A stretch of DNA of 64,000 nt from the IMG/VR virus record IMGVR_UViG_3300032092_000011, positions 1 to 64,000 of that record. One strand, given 5' to 3'. Under the pieces are notes generated by a model. That model was not told where the DNA came from. It saw only the letters and a list, made by a program, of their open reading frames with translations, and did no database searches. Each line of letters starts with the position of its first letter. The first letter of the stretch is position 1. This document shows, one piece after another, positions 60,107 through 64,000 of this stretch. This stretch comes from a virus. The position numbers and the translations under genes were made by a program.

Positions 60107-62080
60107 TTATTTATTCACTTCTAAGTCTTTAAAATATTCGTCTTTTAAAATATTATTAGAATCTACTAAGGTTACCATTGATCCAGCGTGGTGGGGTTGC
60201 CCTTCATCATGAACTAGGACTTTTTTGCCCGCACTAATTCCAAGCCACATGTGGTCCCCAGCTCCGCAAATTAAGTAATCTGCCCAATGCAGCGCATTCC
60301 AAACATGTCCCCAATTCCCATCAATACGAATGGCATCTTTCAGGGTCATTCCAACACTCAGGATGTCTCGACCCATGCGCTTATGTATATCAATAATCTC
60401 TTGCCAAGCATCTAAACTAAGTGAACTGCCTTGATTTGAGACAACTACATATCGATTCTGTGTTGGTCTAGAAACAGCTCTCAGAGTTACAAATTGTAGC
60501 CTCTCTTCAACTTTAACGCCTAATTGTTTACCAACTTCCTCTAACCAATCACCATCGGTTAGGTTAATCTCCTGTGTCATATCAATTTCAGGTTTCCAAA
60601 TGCTCCATTCAGTAGGCCACATAGGAGCAACTTTTGCCTTACGAGTATACCAACCCCAGTTAATTATATCATGAAAGGCTGATCGGAGCCAAACCTTACC
60701 CAGACCCTTCTCAATGCTCCATTGTGCAATGGCTTCGACGGCTGCAAGTGTTGCGCCAAGGGTTTCGTTCTTGAGTTCTAATAGAACATGTGCACCTTTT
60801 AAATATGGTGCATGTCGCTCTTCTCGATCCTCCCATTTTACCGTAATTGATGCGTCCTCTCGAAGTGGTAGTGCAATTCTAGTTTGGCGTTCATCTGAAA
60901 GTAAAATTGTTCCACCCTCTTCATTACCTAGACTCCATTTGATCTCACACTCTCGATCCGAGAGGTTAGTAACAATTGGACCATTGTGCCATTCAATACT
61001 CAATTGATGTGGTGGCTGCTCTACTGCGTCTCTACTAGGTTTTTCTTGTAATAGGTCATGATATGTTAATGATAACTGTTGACGAAATCTAATGTTATCC
61101 TCACCATTTATTGGTTTAGGACTAGGGCATCCGCAGTTTAAACGGTCATGTAGTGTAAATACATCGGCATCTAGGTTTCCGGTCATTGGAGTAAAAATGC
61201 CCTCATATTGGTCTCGGTATGACCGAAGCGGCAATGCAATCATGCGAACTCCATAGGCCATGGCTTGTCGGCATTGGAAAGGGTCAATGTCTTGGATGGT
61301 GGTGTGCAGCATTATGTCGGCAACTCGAAGCCACTTCCAGACATCTACTTGCTCTCCCCAGGCGATGACATTCGGTGGCAGGGCCAGTAGGTCGACCTGG
61401 TGGCCCATGGGTCCGACCATGTGAAACTGGTATTTATCACCTTGGGTTTCCCAGAATTTTTGGGCTATGCTTAGGAAATAGTCCTGGTTATTGGCCTCGG
61501 TGAAGGGGCCGATATTTACGATATGTTTTTTCTCACCTGAAATTTTAAAATCTCCTAAAATCTCCTGAGTGCTCATAGACTCTGAAGAATCTTCAACATC
61601 AATAGGAAATTGGATTAGAAATAGGGGCGACCTCATCAGAGCAAATTGATTCTCGACTTGGTCTAATGAATGTAGATAGAAAGCATCTGGTTCCCACTGT
61701 TTTCTGCAAATTGCGTCAGCCGCCGAAGTGTGCGAAGTTTCTACTATTCTCCAATTCTTTTGAGGGTCATAAATCCAATCATATAAGTTTTTTGGCATAA
61801 CTGGTTCTAGATTCTCTGGCATTTCCTCAAAGTGGATAATATCAGGTTGAACATCTAGTAGGAACCCTGTTAATTCATTAGGAGTACCAAGAGTCAGGAA
61901 ATGGTTATTATCAACCAATTCCATTACTTTATCCCTGTGTAAGCTCGGTGTTTTGGTCCACTCAACAATATACACATCATGTGAATCTTTTTTCATTTCA
62001 ACTATTCTTCGCATCAGCATTGTAGTTGCTGGCGACATTTCTAATCTCGGAATGATATAAACTATTTTTAAACTATTCAT
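60107..62080 (-). CDS. divergent GT4 + heptosyltransferase-like fusion, probably catalytically degenerate
   Basis: PDIIHFEE, VETSH, KKHIVNIG.FT, QFHMVG, WGEQ.DV GT-B scaffold; canonical catalytic residues appear substituted. Confidence 0.6.
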   Translation of the reverse strand: MNSLKIVYIIPRLEMSPATTMLMRRIVEMKKDSHDVYIVEWTKTPSLHRDKVMELVDNNHFLTLGTPNELTGFLLDVQPDIIHFEEMPENLEPVMPKNLYDWIYDPQKNWRIVETSHTSAADAICRKQWEPDAFYLHSLDQVENQFALMRSPLFLIQFPIDVEDSSESMSTQEILGDFKISGEKKHIVNIGPFTEANNQDYFLSIAQKFWETQGDKYQFHMVGPMGHQVDLLALPPNVIAWGEQVDVWKWLRVADIMLHTTIQDIDPFQCRQAMAYGVRMIALPLRSYRDQYEGIFTPMTGNLDADVFTLHDRLNCGCPSPKPINGEDNIRFRQQLSLTYHDLLQEKPSRDAVEQPPHQLSIEWHNGPIVTNLSDRECEIKWSLGNEEGGTILLSDERQTRIALPLREDASITVKWEDREERHAPYLKGAHVLLELKNETLGATLAAVEAIAQWSIEKGLGKVWLRSAFHDIINWGWYTRKAKVAPMWPTEWSIWKPEIDMTQEINLTDGDWLEEVGKQLGVKVEERLQFVTLRAVSRPTQNRYVVVSNQGSSLSLDAWQEIIDIHKRMGRDILSVGMTLKDAIRIDGNWGHVWNALHWADYLICGAGDHMWLGISAGKKVLVHDEGQPHHAGSMVTLVDSNNILKDEYFKDLEVNK

Positions 62081-62501
62081 AGCTTTCTAATATTTGCTTA
62101 ATTTCTTGTTTAGTTTCTTCAATAACCCGGTATACCGAATTAATTCTGGTTGTCTTAAACCTAAATTTATAAATGTAATTATTATATTGTCCTTTTACTG
62201 AAAGTTCACAAAAAACAGTATAACGTGGTTTCTTTTTTAATAAAAATTCGGCCAAATCAGTTTTAATAATTTGAGATTTAGCCTTACCAGTTAGAGCGTA
62301 ATCAACCGTCACATAAGCAGATAGGTCTAGATACTGGTTGTCATATTCCATAAAATCATATCTTCTTTTGACACCATTTGTTAAAAGAAACATCTCATAA
62401 GCAACAAAAGCACTTCCTTGTTGGACGTGCTTAAGAGTGTTGCTTTCTAATTCTTTTGAAATATATGGTCTTGGAATATTAATTAGATTTTCAAGAATCA
62501 T
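62073..62501 (-). CDS. hypothetical protein
   Basis: 142 aa ORF in operon. Confidence 0.7.
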   Translation of the reverse strand: MILENLINIPRPYISKELESNTLKHVQQGSAFVAYEMFLLTNGVKRRYDFMEYDNQYLDLSAYVTVDYALTGKAKSQIIKTDLAEFLLKKKPRYTVFCELSVKGQYNNYIYKFRFKTTRINSVYRVIEETKQEIKQILESYE

Positions 62502-62503
62502 AC

Positions 62504-63229
62504 TTATTTTCTTTTAAGATAAAAACCATTTTGATCCTGATCTTTATCAAAATCAACAATTATAGATCTTTTTGTCTTATTAGAATTAACTAATCCCTCG
62601 CTAGATTCCTGATTTGACTGTTCAATAATATCAACTAAATCTGGTAAACTTTCAGAAGATTCAATGCTTTTTTCAACTGATTGAAAATCTTCTTCGGTTG
62701 GCTGAACATTTTTAATTTCTTCTTGTAAATCATCGTATGAATTTACAACATTTCGCATGTCCTCAATCGATTCTTCCAGAGGATATTCAGGAGTTTTAGT
62801 ATCAGGTTTAATATAATCTACTAATGATTTAATAAATCCTAGTGCTACAAGTGGTAAGATAGCACCAGAAACAAACGCAAGAATACGCTTTTGATACAAT
62901 GGATCTTCTTCAATTAAATTAAAAAGTTGAGACCATGTTTCATAATTCTGAATATTCTTAAATGCATAATACATGTTTCCTTGCATCTGCATTAATGTAA
63001 TCGTAATGAATAATGCCCATACTAATGTTTTATTCATTTTATCTAAAACAATTAATGATGCTAGTGATGCTGCTGCACCAAGCTCAAAGGCTATAGCCAA
63101 TGTTACTGCTAACCAATACGGGTTTGATAATTCAAAAAAGTCAACTACGTGAATGGTAGAAATAACACTAACCATTAAATATAATGATACAAAAGTACCA
63201 ATAATAAATTTACTCGTTAGGTTCTTCAT
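62504..63229 (-). CDS. membrane protein (4 TM plus acidic tail)
   Basis: Hydrophobic N-terminal half. Confidence 0.75.
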   Translation of the reverse strand: MKNLTSKFIIGTFVSLYLMVSVISTIHVVDFFELSNPYWLAVTLAIAFELGAAASLASLIVLDKMNKTLVWALFITITLMQMQGNMYYAFKNIQNYETWSQLFNLIEEDPLYQKRILAFVSGAILPLVALGFIKSLVDYIKPDTKTPEYPLEESIEDMRNVVNSYDDLQEEIKNVQPTEEDFQSVEKSIESSESLPDLVDIIEQSNQESSEGLVNSNKTKRSIIVDFDKDQDQNGFYLKRK

Positions 63230-63413
63230 CTTTATTTTCCTTTTGGTTTTTATACGGAAGCCATTGATTAACTACTTCAGCTCGATCTTCGCAGCCGCAA
63301 TCCTCGTATCCCGCTAATTTTGCTATAGAATCAGCAAGTTTGGCGATCCCTATTTTTTTATTAAAATTTAATAGGGTATCGCCAAATCCACGTTCTTCTT
63401 TTTCAATTGCCAT
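63210..63413 (-). CDS. conserved small phage protein
   Basis: GFGDT...GI......DCGCEDR...NQWLPY pattern. Confidence 0.7.
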   Translation of the reverse strand: MAIEKEERGFGDTLLNFNKKIGIAKLADSIAKLAGYEDCGCEDRAEVVNQWLPYKNQKENKDEEPNE

Positions 63414-63703
63414 TATTTAGATGACTCTAATTTTTGTAATTCTTTATCAATTTCAGTCTGACGTGTTACATCAAGCAACTTACGATCAGTTGATTGAATC
63501 ATACGCTTTTCAGATTTTAAACCTTCGATTTTAAGATCTTTAGAACTTGGCAAAGAATCAATTACTGCTTTTTGAGCTTGAAACTCTTTTTTAACTTTAG
63601 TAATTTCAGAATCAATAGAGCATGCTTTTAACCATGTCATGATAACTAATGCTAAAATTAGTTTAGTTCCGTGTTTTTCTAAAAATAAATTAAATTTTTC
63701 CAT
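63413..63703 (-). CDS. N-terminal TM plus coiled-coil protein
   Basis: LILALVIMTWLKAC followed by coiled coil. Confidence 0.7.
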   Translation of the reverse strand: MEKFNLFLEKHGTKLILALVIMTWLKACSIDSEITKVKKEFQAQKAVIDSLPSSKDLKIEGLKSEKRMIQSTDRKLLDVTRQTEIDKELQKLESSK

Positions 63704-63726
63704 GATTTTACTTTTTATATTATATT

Positions 63727-63999
63727 CTATATATTTTGCATAGATTGTTTAAACTCGGCAAGTCTCTTTTGAAACTCAGCGAAATAGTATTTTATGTCTT
63801 TTTCTGTCAATGTGAATATCTGCGGACATTCATCAATCTCATTAGCAATCCAAATTTCAGCGCCCATTGGTCGAATTCCAGTTCTTTCCCAAAATGCAAC
63901 GAAATAGGCTGCGGCCTGTAGATAATAATCTTGAATCCAATCATCTTTCTTAGGCTTTCGGCTATTTTTATAGTCAATAATAAGTACTCTTTGATTTAT
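63727..63999 (-). CDS. PD-(D/E)XK (Cas4-like) exonuclease, C-terminal part (5' end off window)
   Basis: Hand translation INQRVLIIDYKNSRKPRKDDWIQDYYLQAAAY...AEIWIA. Confidence 0.8.
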   Translation of the reverse strand: MNQRVLIIDYKNSRKPKKDDWIQDYYLQAAAYFVAFWERTGIRPMGAEIWIANEIDECPQIFTLTEKDIKYYFAEFQKRLAEFKQSMQNI

Positions 64000-64000
64000 C

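Noticed and set aside
1-64000. Stop-codon reassignment as in Lak or crAss-like phages
   Set aside because: Genes are full length and densely packed under code 11; TAA, TAG and TGA all terminate genes

Overview
64 kb of an AT-rich large/jumbo dsDNA phage genome (standard genetic code, almost all genes on the minus strand). The host is probably Bacteroidota, based on a phage bS21, a variant of the Bacteroidota -33/-7 promoter and A-rich leaders lacking Shine-Dalgarno sites. Contents: (i) 0-10 kb auxiliary and host-takeover genes (UvsE, RNase HII, PhoH, bS21, DnaJ, Hsp20, 3'-5' exonuclease, ATP-grasp); (ii) 10-25 kb fibre-modification cluster (2OG-Fe(II) oxygenases, three GT2 proteins, Hint-domain protein, methyltransferase, collagen fibre with S74 chaperone, DUF2827, coiled-coil fibres); (iii) 26-31.6 kb ClpP, a T4 gp42-like dCMP hydroxymethylase/thymidylate synthase homologue, ClpC lacking its N-domain, YkuK, LOG, KTSC; (iv) 31.7-37.8 kb divergent cassette driven by early-type promoters (HTH, DUF932-like, RadA-like ATPase, candidate small RNA), bracketed by two GC-rich, palindrome-rich non-coding arms; (v) 38-64 kb ferritin, HAD, two further giant collagen fibres, GH73 glucosaminidase, NT5C, zeta-like kinase, a degenerate glycosyltransferase and a partial PD-(D/E)XK nuclease. 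Best candidate novel systems: (1) at least 11 unrelated proteins share an N-terminal MKHIKLFEQF..E tag resembling the T4 capsid-targeting sequence, including an apparent protease-processed polyprotein; (2) four small UVR-motif (EEYEKC) proteins may be adaptors for the N-domain-less ClpCP; (3) the symmetric GC-rich arms and repeat array around the early cassette; (4) late promoters nested in hairpins that cover translation-initiation regions; (5) a collagen-fibre hydroxylation/glycosylation locus. All family calls come from motif recognition by eye; no searches were run.
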